This document shows, piece after piece, positions 8,241 to 17,241 of a DNA stretch of 64,000 nt. Below the pieces are notes generated by a model, which worked only from the letters and a program-made list of their open reading frames with translations, had not been told where the DNA came from and did not search any database. This DNA is from Candidatus Marinacidobacterales bacterium. Its GTDB lineage: Bacteria > Acidobacteriota > Vicinamibacteria > Marinacidobacterales > DATDRI01. The stretch spans positions 4,992,001-5,056,000 of the forward strand of contig OZ245365.1 in NCBI GenBank assembly GCA_965226495.1. The letters run 5' to 3'. Within the stretch, counting starts at the first letter, position 1, and each line of letters starts with the position of its first letter. Both the position numbers and the translations under genes were made by a program.

Positions 8241-9288
8241 AACGCCGTGAGGCATCGATCTTCTCCCGAATAAACTCTGCGCCAAACACCTTCTCTGCAT
8301 TCAGTCGATTGTGCGGGCCACAGTGAAGTCGGAGGTATCTCTCGTCGTGGCTCCGAAACAACGCATACGGCCGCAGGTGCTCGATCTGGAGTCCCGTTCG
8401 GGACCGGCACCGGGTCCCGTCGGGACCTCGGTACTCACATTGATAGCCGGCCCGATCGTGGACCCGCTCCCGGACCTCTGAGGGAATGTAGCGGGTCTTC
8501 GCGGAAACCTTGCCCGGGCAAGGTTTGCCGCCGGTTTTCGATTCGCGTTCGAGCCGCCGTGCGCGCTTTCTCTTGAGGTCTTTCTTGTCGAGCGCGATAT
8601 CTAGTGCCTGCTCCATGATCCCGGCCATGTGGTTCAGGGAGTTCTCGACGCCGAGGACTTCCGCCAGGCGCTCGAACTTCTCCTTGAACTTCCGGTCGGC
8701 GGCAAAGCGAAAGTTGTAAACCTCTGGCCTTGCCGGCTCGAGAATACTCGGCGACACTCGAGGAGCGGGGCGCGGCGTCTCGGGCACCACCCCGGCCGGT
8801 ACACTCGGAGGTGAAGTTGGAGCCGAGCGAAATGGGGTCTTTCGAATCGAGGGTGCAAAGACGGGCTTTGGCTGCAACGCGACGAGATATTCCTCGACCT
8901 CGCGCCTTGTCATCCCACCGCAATCGCTCAGAAGTCTCTCGATGTTCTCCTCCCGAAGATGCGGGGCGAGCAAACCGGCGACGGTAAGGCTCACCCGATT
9001 CTCGGCCAACGCAACGAGGAGCCTGGGAAAACGTCTCGAAACATTGGCCACCTGAATGCGACGGGCGACCGAGCCTTCGCTCAGATTCAAGCGTTCGGCA
9101 CAGTACGCGAAGAGACTCTTGTAGCCGCGCTCGAGATGGCCTTTTCTTCTCGACATCTCCGCGATGTGGGCGATAGCGAGCGCGACGTTTCGTTTCTCGG
9201 CGCGGACCAGCCGCTCCGTGGAGTGATCGAGCTCTTCCGTCGACAGACTCTCGAGTCTGTCGCAGTAAATCCTTACTTTTTCGATCAA
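8218..9288 (-). CDS. HNH endonuclease-domain protein (DUF222-like N-terminus, probably selfish element)
   Basis: GYKSLFAYC N-terminal motif; RYIPSEVRERV..RAGYQCEY...RC...LQIEH...HCGPHN. Confidence 0.8.
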   Translation of the reverse strand: MIEKVRIYCDRLESLSTEELDHSTERLVRAEKRNVALAIAHIAEMSRRKGHLERGYKSLFAYCAERLNLSEGSVARRIQVANVSRRFPRLLVALAENRVSLTVAGLLAPHLREENIERLLSDCGGMTRREVEEYLVALQPKPVFAPSIRKTPFRSAPTSPPSVPAGVVPETPRPAPRVSPSILEPARPEVYNFRFAADRKFKEKFERLAEVLGVENSLNHMAGIMEQALDIALDKKDLKRKRARRLERESKTGGKPCPGKVSAKTRYIPSEVRERVHDRAGYQCEYRGPDGTRCRSRTGLQIEHLRPYALFRSHDERYLRLHCGPHNRLNAEKVFGAEFIREKIDASRRFNQKDRI

Positions 9289-9481
9289 GAGCGTTGCCCC
9301 CTTCCCTCAAATATAGCAACGGGTTTTTCTGGGCCCTTAGTGAGTGTTAGAAGGGTGCAAACCGCCGAAATGAAAAACTTGATGGGAATTCTGCGGCGCG
9401 ATGCGAGGGAGCGTTTGGGTGCGCGATGAAGGTGTCTACGTTAATCTGCGATCTCTGCTTGAAACGTGCTCGGAAAACTTG

Positions 9482-11164
9482 TCAAGTGTTTTTTTCATTT
9501 TTTTCTGTATCCGTAAGGCTGATCAAGTAGCCCACCACAACCACGACCGCGCAGCCCACGATGTTGTAATAAAGATAAGAAATGTTCGAGACGCGCGAGG
9601 TTACAGCGACGGCAAGCATTCCCGCGCCGAGGCCCCAAAACGCGCCGCGACCGGTGGCTCGTCGGGTGCCAATTGCAAGAACGAACACGCCAAGAATCGA
9701 ACCGTAAAAGAAGGACCCGATCTGATTCACGACTTCGATCGCGGAGCCGAGGCGACCCATGTAGAGCGCGGCCCAAGTAGCAATGCCTCCCCACATCACG
9801 GTCGAGATGCGACTAACGATGAGGTAATGCCGGTCGGATGCCGAAGTCTTGAAATACCTCCGATAGAAATCGACCACGGTGGCAGTCGATAGAGAATTGA
9901 GCTCCGACTCCACGGTGGACATCGCGGCCGCGAAGATCGCTACCAGGATGAGGCCCACCATACCCACAGGCAAGAAGGTAAGCACGAACGTGGGGAAGAC
10001 GTAGTTCGTATCGTTGAACGGCTCGCCGTTCATCTCGCTGATGAGCTCGCCCGCACCTCGTCTCGCGCGAGAGAACTTTTCATCGGCGGCCAAGAAATCG
10101 AGCCGTTCCTGCTCCGGTCGGGCGCCCGCCGCGGCCAACCCCTCTGCCGCCTGCCGTCGTTCCTCGAACGCTTGATCATAGGACTCCGCGAGCCTTTGAT
10201 ACTCCTCGGCGTGGACACTCGCTTCGAGCTTCGCCAGCTCCACGGGATTGAATACGATTGGCGGCTTCTCGAACTGGTAGAACACGAAGAGCAGGGCGCC
10301 GGTCAGGAGGATGATGAACTGCATGGGTATCTTGAGCAGGGCGCTGAAGAGCAGCGAGAGTCGGCTATGGGTCAGGGAGCTCGCGGTTAGATATCGCTGG
10401 ACTTGACTCTGGTCGCAGCCGAAATAGGACAACATCAAAAAAAGACCACCGACCAATCCAGTCCAGAACGTGTAAGTAACTTGCGGATCGGGGTTGAAGT
10501 CGATGGTATCGAGGCGTCCCGTAGAGCCCACGATACGAAGAGCGCTGCTCAGGGATAGCGAGTCCGGCAAACCATAGAGGACGGCTCCGAGACAAAAAAG
10601 CATGCCCAAGGAAATGATCAACATCTGCCACACTTCGGTCCACATGACCGCTCGCATCCCGCCGAAGGCGGTGTAGACGGTGGCGCCGAGCCCGATGGCC
10701 AGTATGAGGACCTTTTCGTCCATTCCGAAGACGATAGAAAGTACGACCGAGGGGGCGTAGATGACCACGGCATCGGCGAGGCCGCGAGACATAAGAAAGA
10801 GAAAGCTGGTGAGGCTACGGGTTTTTCCGTCGAAACGGTTTTCGAGAAACTCGTATGCGGTGAACACACGGGCCCGATAGAAAAACGGCACCAAGGTGAC
10901 GCATAGAATCACCATCGCGATGGGCAGTCCAAGGTAGACCTGGATGAACCGCATGCCATGGACGTAGCCTTGACCGGTGGTACCGACCAGTGTGATGGCG
11001 CTCGCTTGAGTGGCCATCACCGAAAGGCCAATGGCCCACCACGGCATGGAGCGCTTGGCGAGGAAGTAATCCTCGATCTCCTTGTTACCGCGACCGGTAC
11101 GGAGACCGACCCCGATTATGAAAGCGAAGTAAAGTAGGACGACCAGCCAATCCAGCAGATGCAT
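9482..11164 (-). CDS. Sodium:solute symporter family protein
   Basis: Multi-TM; DYFLAKRSMPWWAIGLS, DQSQVQRYL, AAAMST motifs. Confidence 0.9.
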   Translation of the reverse strand: MHLLDWLVVLLYFAFIIGVGLRTGRGNKEIEDYFLAKRSMPWWAIGLSVMATQASAITLVGTTGQGYVHGMRFIQVYLGLPIAMVILCVTLVPFFYRARVFTAYEFLENRFDGKTRSLTSFLFLMSRGLADAVVIYAPSVVLSIVFGMDEKVLILAIGLGATVYTAFGGMRAVMWTEVWQMLIISLGMLFCLGAVLYGLPDSLSLSSALRIVGSTGRLDTIDFNPDPQVTYTFWTGLVGGLFLMLSYFGCDQSQVQRYLTASSLTHSRLSLLFSALLKIPMQFIILLTGALLFVFYQFEKPPIVFNPVELAKLEASVHAEEYQRLAESYDQAFEERRQAAEGLAAAGARPEQERLDFLAADEKFSRARRGAGELISEMNGEPFNDTNYVFPTFVLTFLPVGMVGLILVAIFAAAMSTVESELNSLSTATVVDFYRRYFKTSASDRHYLIVSRISTVMWGGIATWAALYMGRLGSAIEVVNQIGSFFYGSILGVFVLAIGTRRATGRGAFWGLGAGMLAVAVTSRVSNISYLYYNIVGCAVVVVVGYLISLTDTEKNEKNT

Positions 11165-11398
11165 CGTTTCAGCGGCTGGTGAAATATGAGAACAGAAAGA
11201 GGAGAATGTAAACTACGAGGGTATTTGCGATGACGACGGCGTAGAAGCGACCCCAAGTACCGAACACAGGAGGGAGCTCATCGGGATCGGCCTTCGACTT
11301 CGGCAATTCGCTCGACATTGATAACCGGACTCCGCGCGCATTATAGCCGACATGACATTCATGACCTCGCTGAATCCCCCTCCTCGAGGAGAGCTGAT

Positions 11399-14065
11399 AT
11401 GAAACGCCTTTGCTACCTCTATCTGACGTCTTTGACGATCTTGTTCCTGCTTTCCGCCAACGCCTTGGCGCAGATGGAGCCGATTCCGGAGGACCGCGGT
11501 GCCACTGGGCTCGCCCTCGCGCTTCGCAAGTTGGGAGCCGGTGCCACGTTCATGCACATCACCGCCCATCCGGACGACGAGGACAACGGGCTGCTGGTGA
11601 TGATGAACCGTGGCCGCGGACTGAGAACCGCGCTGCTCACCGTCACCCGCGGCGACGGAGGGCAGAATCAAATCGGTACCGAATTGGAAGAGGCCCTCGG
11701 CGTTCTCCGTAGCGCCGAGCTCATGGCGATTCATCGTATCGACGGTGCCGAGCAGTATTTCACTCGCGCCTACGAGTTTGGCTATTCGTTCAGCGTCGAG
11801 GAGACGTTCGAGAAATGGGGCAGGGAGGAAATACTGGCCGATGTCGTGCGCATCATCCGCACGGTCCGACCGGACGTCATCGTCTCGCTTCCATTGGGCG
11901 GCGAGGGGGGTGGACAACACCACCAGGCCTCGGGACGACTCGCCAAGGAGGCGTTCCGTGCGGCTGCCGATCCCGATCGCTTCCCGGAGCAGATTCGAGA
12001 TGGCCTGAGGCCGTGGCAACCTCTCAAGCTTTACTCCCGGCATTGGATCCTGCGCCGTGAGGATGAAGACAAACCCGATCCTCCGGGCACCGTCGCTATG
12101 AACACCGGGCACTACGATCCGATCCTTGGCCTTTCGTACTACCAGCTCGGCCTGCAAGCCCGGGCGAACCACTTGTGCCAGCGGATTGGCCAACTGCGCG
12201 GTCTACCGGGGGAGCACCTTTCCAAATGGGTTCCTCAGGATGCGGTGGTGCCGGTCGTTGAGGGAGAGACCGATCTCCTCGATGGCGTCCCGATGGGCTT
12301 GGATCGACTGAAGGTCTTTCTCATCAACGCTGGGCCGGCGAAGGGGCTTCGTGGTGGACTCCTCGAGCTCGAGGAGCAGGTGGAAGCCGCGAACCAAGTC
12401 TACGATGCGAAGGCACCCTGGAAGACTCTCGAACCCCTTCGCGAGGGATTGGAGACGGTCCGTCGCCTCCGAGGCATCCTCGCTTCCGGCAACGTCAGCG
12501 AACCGGCCGCCTACGAACTCGAGCACCGGCTCTCTTATAAGGAGAAGAGCTTCACCGAGGCCATCGCTCTCGCGCACGGCCTGGCCTTGGATGCTATTGC
12601 CAATCGCCGCGAGGTCGTCCCCGGCGGCGAGCTCGAGGTCAAGGTGCAAGTCACCAATCGAAGTCCCGTGCCGGTAGATGTCACTTCCGTCGCTCTCGAG
12701 GTCCCGGACGGCTGGAAACAAGAACCGGAAGGCGAGACATCGGGGCGTCTCGGGAAGAATGAGAAGCTCGAGGTTCCGGTCAAGGTCACCGTCGGAACCG
12801 ACGCCGAGCCCGACCGCCCCTACTGGGTCAGGAACCGAGCCGTGGATCGTTACGACATCGTGGAGCCTAAGCACCTCGGACTCCCCTTTGCTCCAGCCGC
12901 CATTTCGGCGCGGGTCACGTTTCGCTCCGGGTCCGTCGACCTTTCGATCGAAGAGCCCGTTCAGCAACGTTACCCGGGAACCTGGGTCGGCACCGAAAAA
13001 CAAGATCTCGTGGCGGTACTGCCGAAGATCTCTCTGGCCTTGTCTCCGAAGGTGATCGTGGTACCGATCGGCTCGAACGACATGGGCAGGCGAACACGGA
13101 CCGCGTCGGTGGCGGTCCTATACAAAGGTACCGAGGAAGCGACAGGAAGCCTGCGCCTCCAGGTTCCCAACGGATGGTCGGTGTCCCCCGCGAGCGCGCC
13201 GATTCGCTTTCAGAGAGAAGACGAGGCCGCGACGTTGAAGTTCGAGCTAACGCCGCCCGAGTCCCTGACACCCGGGACGTACGAAGTCGAGGCGGTGGCA
13301 ACCTTGGATGGAAGTGATTACCGTGAAGGGTTCCAGAGAATCGCCTACCATCACATTCAAACTCGCTATCTCTTCCGGCCTGCCCGCGCGGCCCTCCAAG
13401 TGCTCGACGTCCGGGTGGCGCCGGTACGTGTCGGCTACATCATGGGCGTCGGCGACGAAGTCGCCGAGGCGGTGCGACAGCTCGGGGCCGATTTGGTCAT
13501 GCTCGAAGAGAACGACCTCGCGGAGGGCGACCTCTCCCAATTCGACGTCATCATCACCGGCATCCGAGCCTACTTCAATCGCACCGATCTCAGAGCCTAC
13601 AACGAGCGCCTCCTCGACTACGTGGAGAGCGGTGGAACGATGGTCGTGCTCTACAACCGCCAAGAGTGGGACGACGCGCAGTGGGGACCTTACCCCGCGA
13701 AGTACAGTCGCTCGCGCATCAGCGTGGAAGAAGCGCCCGTCAGTATCTTGGAGCCCACGCATCCGTTGTTTAACTTCCCGAACCGAATCACCGAAGCCGA
13801 TTGGAAGGGATGGGTTCAGGAAAGAGGAACCTATTTCCTCGGAGAGCGAGACGAACGCTACCGAGATCTGCTGACCTCCGAAGACCCGTGGGAGTACAAC
13901 GCGGGTGCGAAACGAGGCATGCTCGTCGAAGCGCAATACGGATCGGGCCGGTGGATCTATGTTGGGTTGACGCTTTTCCGCCAATTACCCGCGGGCGTTC
14001 CTGATGCCTACAAGTTCTTCGCAAACTTGTTGAGTCTCCCCAAGGCTCCTGAGACCACAGAGTGA
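11399..14065 (+). CDS. Secreted PIG-L/LmbE family deacetylase with NEW3-like and class I GAT-like domains
   Basis: Signal peptide; AHPDDED, TRGDGGQN, HHQ motifs; RBS GAGGAG. Confidence 0.88.
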   Translation: MKRLCYLYLTSLTILFLLSANALAQMEPIPEDRGATGLALALRKLGAGATFMHITAHPDDEDNGLLVMMNRGRGLRTALLTVTRGDGGQNQIGTELEEALGVLRSAELMAIHRIDGAEQYFTRAYEFGYSFSVEETFEKWGREEILADVVRIIRTVRPDVIVSLPLGGEGGGQHHQASGRLAKEAFRAAADPDRFPEQIRDGLRPWQPLKLYSRHWILRREDEDKPDPPGTVAMNTGHYDPILGLSYYQLGLQARANHLCQRIGQLRGLPGEHLSKWVPQDAVVPVVEGETDLLDGVPMGLDRLKVFLINAGPAKGLRGGLLELEEQVEAANQVYDAKAPWKTLEPLREGLETVRRLRGILASGNVSEPAAYELEHRLSYKEKSFTEAIALAHGLALDAIANRREVVPGGELEVKVQVTNRSPVPVDVTSVALEVPDGWKQEPEGETSGRLGKNEKLEVPVKVTVGTDAEPDRPYWVRNRAVDRYDIVEPKHLGLPFAPAAISARVTFRSGSVDLSIEEPVQQRYPGTWVGTEKQDLVAVLPKISLALSPKVIVVPIGSNDMGRRTRTASVAVLYKGTEEATGSLRLQVPNGWSVSPASAPIRFQREDEAATLKFELTPPESLTPGTYEVEAVATLDGSDYREGFQRIAYHHIQTRYLFRPARAALQVLDVRVAPVRVGYIMGVGDEVAEAVRQLGADLVMLEENDLAEGDLSQFDVIITGIRAYFNRTDLRAYNERLLDYVESGGTMVVLYNRQEWDDAQWGPYPAKYSRSRISVEEAPVSILEPTHPLFNFPNRITEADWKGWVQERGTYFLGERDERYRDLLTSEDPWEYNAGAKRGMLVEAQYGSGRWIYVGLTLFRQLPAGVPDAYKFFANLLSLPKAPETTE

Positions 14066-14073
14066 TCGCAGGA

Positions 14074-14105
14074 CCCTCACCCTACCCTCTCCCGAAGGGA
14101 GAGGG
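14074..14105. repeat. CCCTCACCCT-CCCTCTCCC/GGGAGAGGG palindromic element
   Basis: Perfect 9-bp stem CCCTCTCCC-GAA-GGGAGAGGG between genes. Confidence 0.6.
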
Positions 14106-14126
14106 AATAAAGGATATTAGACACTA

Positions 14127-15578
14127 ATGCGGAGACAGCGCATCGGTCTCGTCGTCGGCTTGGTGCTTTTTTGCCTCTTCGCCTTCATTCCGATTCCCGG
14201 TTTGCCAGAATCCGCGGGCAAGATGCTAGCCGTGGCGGTTCTCATGGCGACTTGGTGGGTCAGCGAAGCGATCCCTCTCGCCGCCACCGCGCTTTTGCCC
14301 TTGGTGCTCTTCCCCAGCCTGGGCCTGGCCTCGGCGGCCCGAAGTGCGGCACCCTACGCCAACCATTTGATCTTCCTGTTCATGGGGGGGTTCATGCTGG
14401 CGCAAGCGATGCAGCGATGGAATCTTCACCGGCGCATCGCCCTCCGCATCGTCAGCCTAATGGGGACCAATCCCGCGCGCTTGATCTTGGGATTCATGTG
14501 CGCCACCGCCTTCATGTCCATGTGGGTGTCCAACACCGCAACCGCCGCCATGATGATGCCTGTCGGCATGGCGGTCACCAAACAGGTGGCGGACGCCGTC
14601 ACCGAAAAGAATCTCGGGATCGACGTCACCCCCGGGCGGTTTCATTTCGGCATCGACCTTATGTTGGGCATCGCCTATGCGGCCTCCATCGGTGGAGTCG
14701 GGAGTCTCATCGGAACCCCTCCGAATGTCCTTCTCGCCGGGGTTCTGGAGGAGAGCTACGGGATCGAGCTCAGCTTTCTCGGTTGGATGGCCTTCGGTGT
14801 CCCTTTCGTCGCCTTGTTCTTGCCGCTGACCTGGTTGTGGCTTACTCGCATCGCTTACCCCATCGAGCTCCCGGAAATGCCGGGTGGTAGACGGCTCATC
14901 CGGGAGCAGCTCGAAGCGCTTGGTCCCATGAGCGACGGCGAACGAAAAACGGCCTTGGTCTTCGTCCTAGCCGCAGCCGGCTGGATGTTCCGACCGCTAT
15001 GGACGAAGTGGCTCCCTTCGGGAGAGCTCATCACCGACTCCACCGTTGCCATCGCGGCCGCCCTCCTCTTGTTCCTTCTTCCCACCGGCTCGGGAGATCG
15101 CGTTTTGGATTGGCATTGGGCCTCGAAAATTCCGTGGGAAGTCTTGGTGCTCTTTGGAGGTGGCTTCGCATTAGCCAACGGTTTCGAAATGAGCGGACTA
15201 TCGCAATGGGTCGGGAACTTGCTCGTTAGTTTCAAGGAGGCACCTCTCCCTGTTTTCATTACCGCCATCATCATCTTGTTGATTATCTTGACGGAGTTCG
15301 CTTCCAATACTGCGGCGGCGGCGATGGCACTGCCCATTTTGGGTGCGACTGCCATCGCCATGGGAATCTCTCCGCTGATCCTCTGCGTGCCGGCGGCGGT
15401 AGCCGCTTCTTGTGCCTTCATGATGCCAGCGGCGACGCCTCCTAACGCCATCGTCTTCGGAACCGGCTACTTCACTATCCCCCAGATGGTGCGAGCCGGT
15501 GCTTTCGTCGTTTTGATGGCGGCCGTCTTGGTCAGCGCCTTCACGCTACTCCTGCTCCGTCCCATCTTCGGTGTGTAG
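14127..15578 (+). CDS. DASS/SLC13 sodium:dicarboxylate or sulfate symporter
   Basis: SNTAT, IGTPPN, FMMPAATPPNAIV motifs. Confidence 0.92.
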   Translation: MRRQRIGLVVGLVLFCLFAFIPIPGLPESAGKMLAVAVLMATWWVSEAIPLAATALLPLVLFPSLGLASAARSAAPYANHLIFLFMGGFMLAQAMQRWNLHRRIALRIVSLMGTNPARLILGFMCATAFMSMWVSNTATAAMMMPVGMAVTKQVADAVTEKNLGIDVTPGRFHFGIDLMLGIAYAASIGGVGSLIGTPPNVLLAGVLEESYGIELSFLGWMAFGVPFVALFLPLTWLWLTRIAYPIELPEMPGGRRLIREQLEALGPMSDGERKTALVFVLAAAGWMFRPLWTKWLPSGELITDSTVAIAAALLLFLLPTGSGDRVLDWHWASKIPWEVLVLFGGGFALANGFEMSGLSQWVGNLLVSFKEAPLPVFITAIIILLIILTEFASNTAAAAMALPILGATAIAMGISPLILCVPAAVAASCAFMMPAATPPNAIVFGTGYFTIPQMVRAGAFVVLMAAVLVSAFTLLLLRPIFGV

Positions 15579-15638
15579 GCGTGATCATCGATTGATCGGC
15601 GCGCCACCTTTGAAGTAGCCTGCGAAGCAGAGGACGAA

Positions 15639-16307
15639 TTGCTTACTTCATTACTAGCAGGCACCGCGGCGGGCGCGCTCCATGCGCTCTCCGGTCCGGA
15701 TCATCTGGCCGCCATCACTCCGCTCTCCATTTCTCAAGATCGGAACGCCTGGCGGATCGGCCTGCGCTGGGGCTTGGGTCATGCTGCAGGAGTTGCTGTA
15801 GTGGGCGTCTTGCTGCTGGCTTTCCATCAGTTCTTGGATTTGGATCGTTTCTCGTGGTGGAGCGAGCGCCTGGTCGGCGTCGTGCTCATCGGGGTCGGCA
15901 TCTGGGGACTTCGTCGGGCGAGCTCGAAGTGGGTCCATTCTCATCAGCACGAGCACGACGACGGCTCGCACGTTCACATCCACTTTCATCCTCCGAGCCA
16001 AGCTTCGGACTCGACCGCCAAGCACGATCACTCCCACACTGCCTTTGGAGTTGGCCTGTTCCACGGCTTCGCGGGCACGACCCACCTCTTCGGGTTGATC
16101 CCCGCCCTCGCCCTACCCACTCAGCTTGCCGCGGTCTATCTCGGCGGCTACGGTATCGGCAATTTGCTGGCGATGGGCGGCTTCGCCTGGTTGGTAGGTT
16201 GGGCCGCGGCGAGACTCAGCGATTCGGGGGCGAGGGCATACCGCTTCGTACTAGCTGCCTTTTCGATGGCCGCGATCGGGATAGGGATCGCGTGGCTGGC
16301 GATCTAG
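15639..16307 (+). CDS. Nickel/cobalt transporter-like membrane protein (UreH/NiCoT-related)
   Basis: HALSGPDH, His-rich loop HSHQHEH...HVHIHFH, GLFHGFAG. Confidence 0.75.
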   Translation: MLTSLLAGTAAGALHALSGPDHLAAITPLSISQDRNAWRIGLRWGLGHAAGVAVVGVLLLAFHQFLDLDRFSWWSERLVGVVLIGVGIWGLRRASSKWVHSHQHEHDDGSHVHIHFHPPSQASDSTAKHDHSHTAFGVGLFHGFAGTTHLFGLIPALALPTQLAAVYLGGYGIGNLLAMGGFAWLVGWAAARLSDSGARAYRFVLAAFSMAAIGIGIAWLAI

Positions 16308-16335
16308 TAATGATCGGGCAAATGACCTGGCCGAT

Positions 16336-17151
16336 TCAGTTCGTAGAACCCTCCGCCGTCTCCATCCCGTCGAGACGGGCAAGGATCAATTCTCGCCGCT
16401 TGAGCACTAGCTTCTGGTTGTAACCCCAGATGTACTTTTTGATGACGCTCTTGATCTCTTTATCGCTCACCGAGCGAAGTCGCTCGACGACGTCTGGCTG
16501 GTAACTCGTGGGCCAGCGAACTCGATCCGCATCGTAGGGAACACCCCAAAACTTGGCATGGGTACCGATCCCATTGCCGTTGAGATCGTTCAACAACTTG
16601 CGATAGCCCCGAAAAGTCTTGGAGTTATCGATGAGAACCAAACGGTGCTCGGGAGTCACCATCGCGTTATTCAAATGGCGGTCGATGTTGGCAATCAGAT
16701 CGTCGAAGAGCCACATCATGCTTACCTGCCGTCGCCATCTCTCTGCGTCGCCGGGAATCCCTTCGACCTTCTCCATCGTCGTTCCGGTCACCCAAAACTG
16801 CAGACAGCCCTTTCTACCACCGATGCGTCGAGCAACCGTAGGCGGGACCATCCCCAACTGCAGGAGCTTGTCCAGCTCGTAGGCCGCGACTTCCCCGCGG
16901 TAGGTATCGTGCTCCTTGTCGATCTTCTTGAAGACCGCGTAGCGCGTCTCCCCCTTCCACTCCAGTGTCACCTTCTCGGGGTTGGTGACTCCCGTGCCCA
17001 GCTCCTTGCGGTCTACGACATCGGCTTCTTTTAGAAACTCCTCTATCTCTTGGGCATTGGGCCACAGGGGGGGGAATTCTTGCCCGTGCGCCATAGGGGC
17101 GAGAACAAAGACCAGAAACAGAAAGGCGAAGTACTTGAGATGCCGGCTCAC
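16336..17151 (-). CDS. Exported atypical kinase-fold protein
   Basis: Signal peptide; AVFK, EVAAYELD, PPTV, NIDRHLNN, LIDNS. Confidence 0.65.
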   Translation of the reverse strand: MSRHLKYFAFLFLVFVLAPMAHGQEFPPLWPNAQEIEEFLKEADVVDRKELGTGVTNPEKVTLEWKGETRYAVFKKIDKEHDTYRGEVAAYELDKLLQLGMVPPTVARRIGGRKGCLQFWVTGTTMEKVEGIPGDAERWRRQVSMMWLFDDLIANIDRHLNNAMVTPEHRLVLIDNSKTFRGYRKLLNDLNGNGIGTHAKFWGVPYDADRVRWPTSYQPDVVERLRSVSDKEIKSVIKKYIWGYNQKLVLKRRELILARLDGMETAEGSTN

Positions 17152-17241
17152 GGCCTTTTATTAGCACCAGCGGGCGCCATTTTCAAGCGGAAGCATTGCG
17201 TCTTGTATCGAGCACAATCGATGCATTAAGCTGGCGGCGTT

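Noticed and set aside
8435-9319. 294-aa ORF overlapping the HNH gene in another frame
   Set aside because: Arg/Ser-rich shadow ORF with no recognisable motifs.
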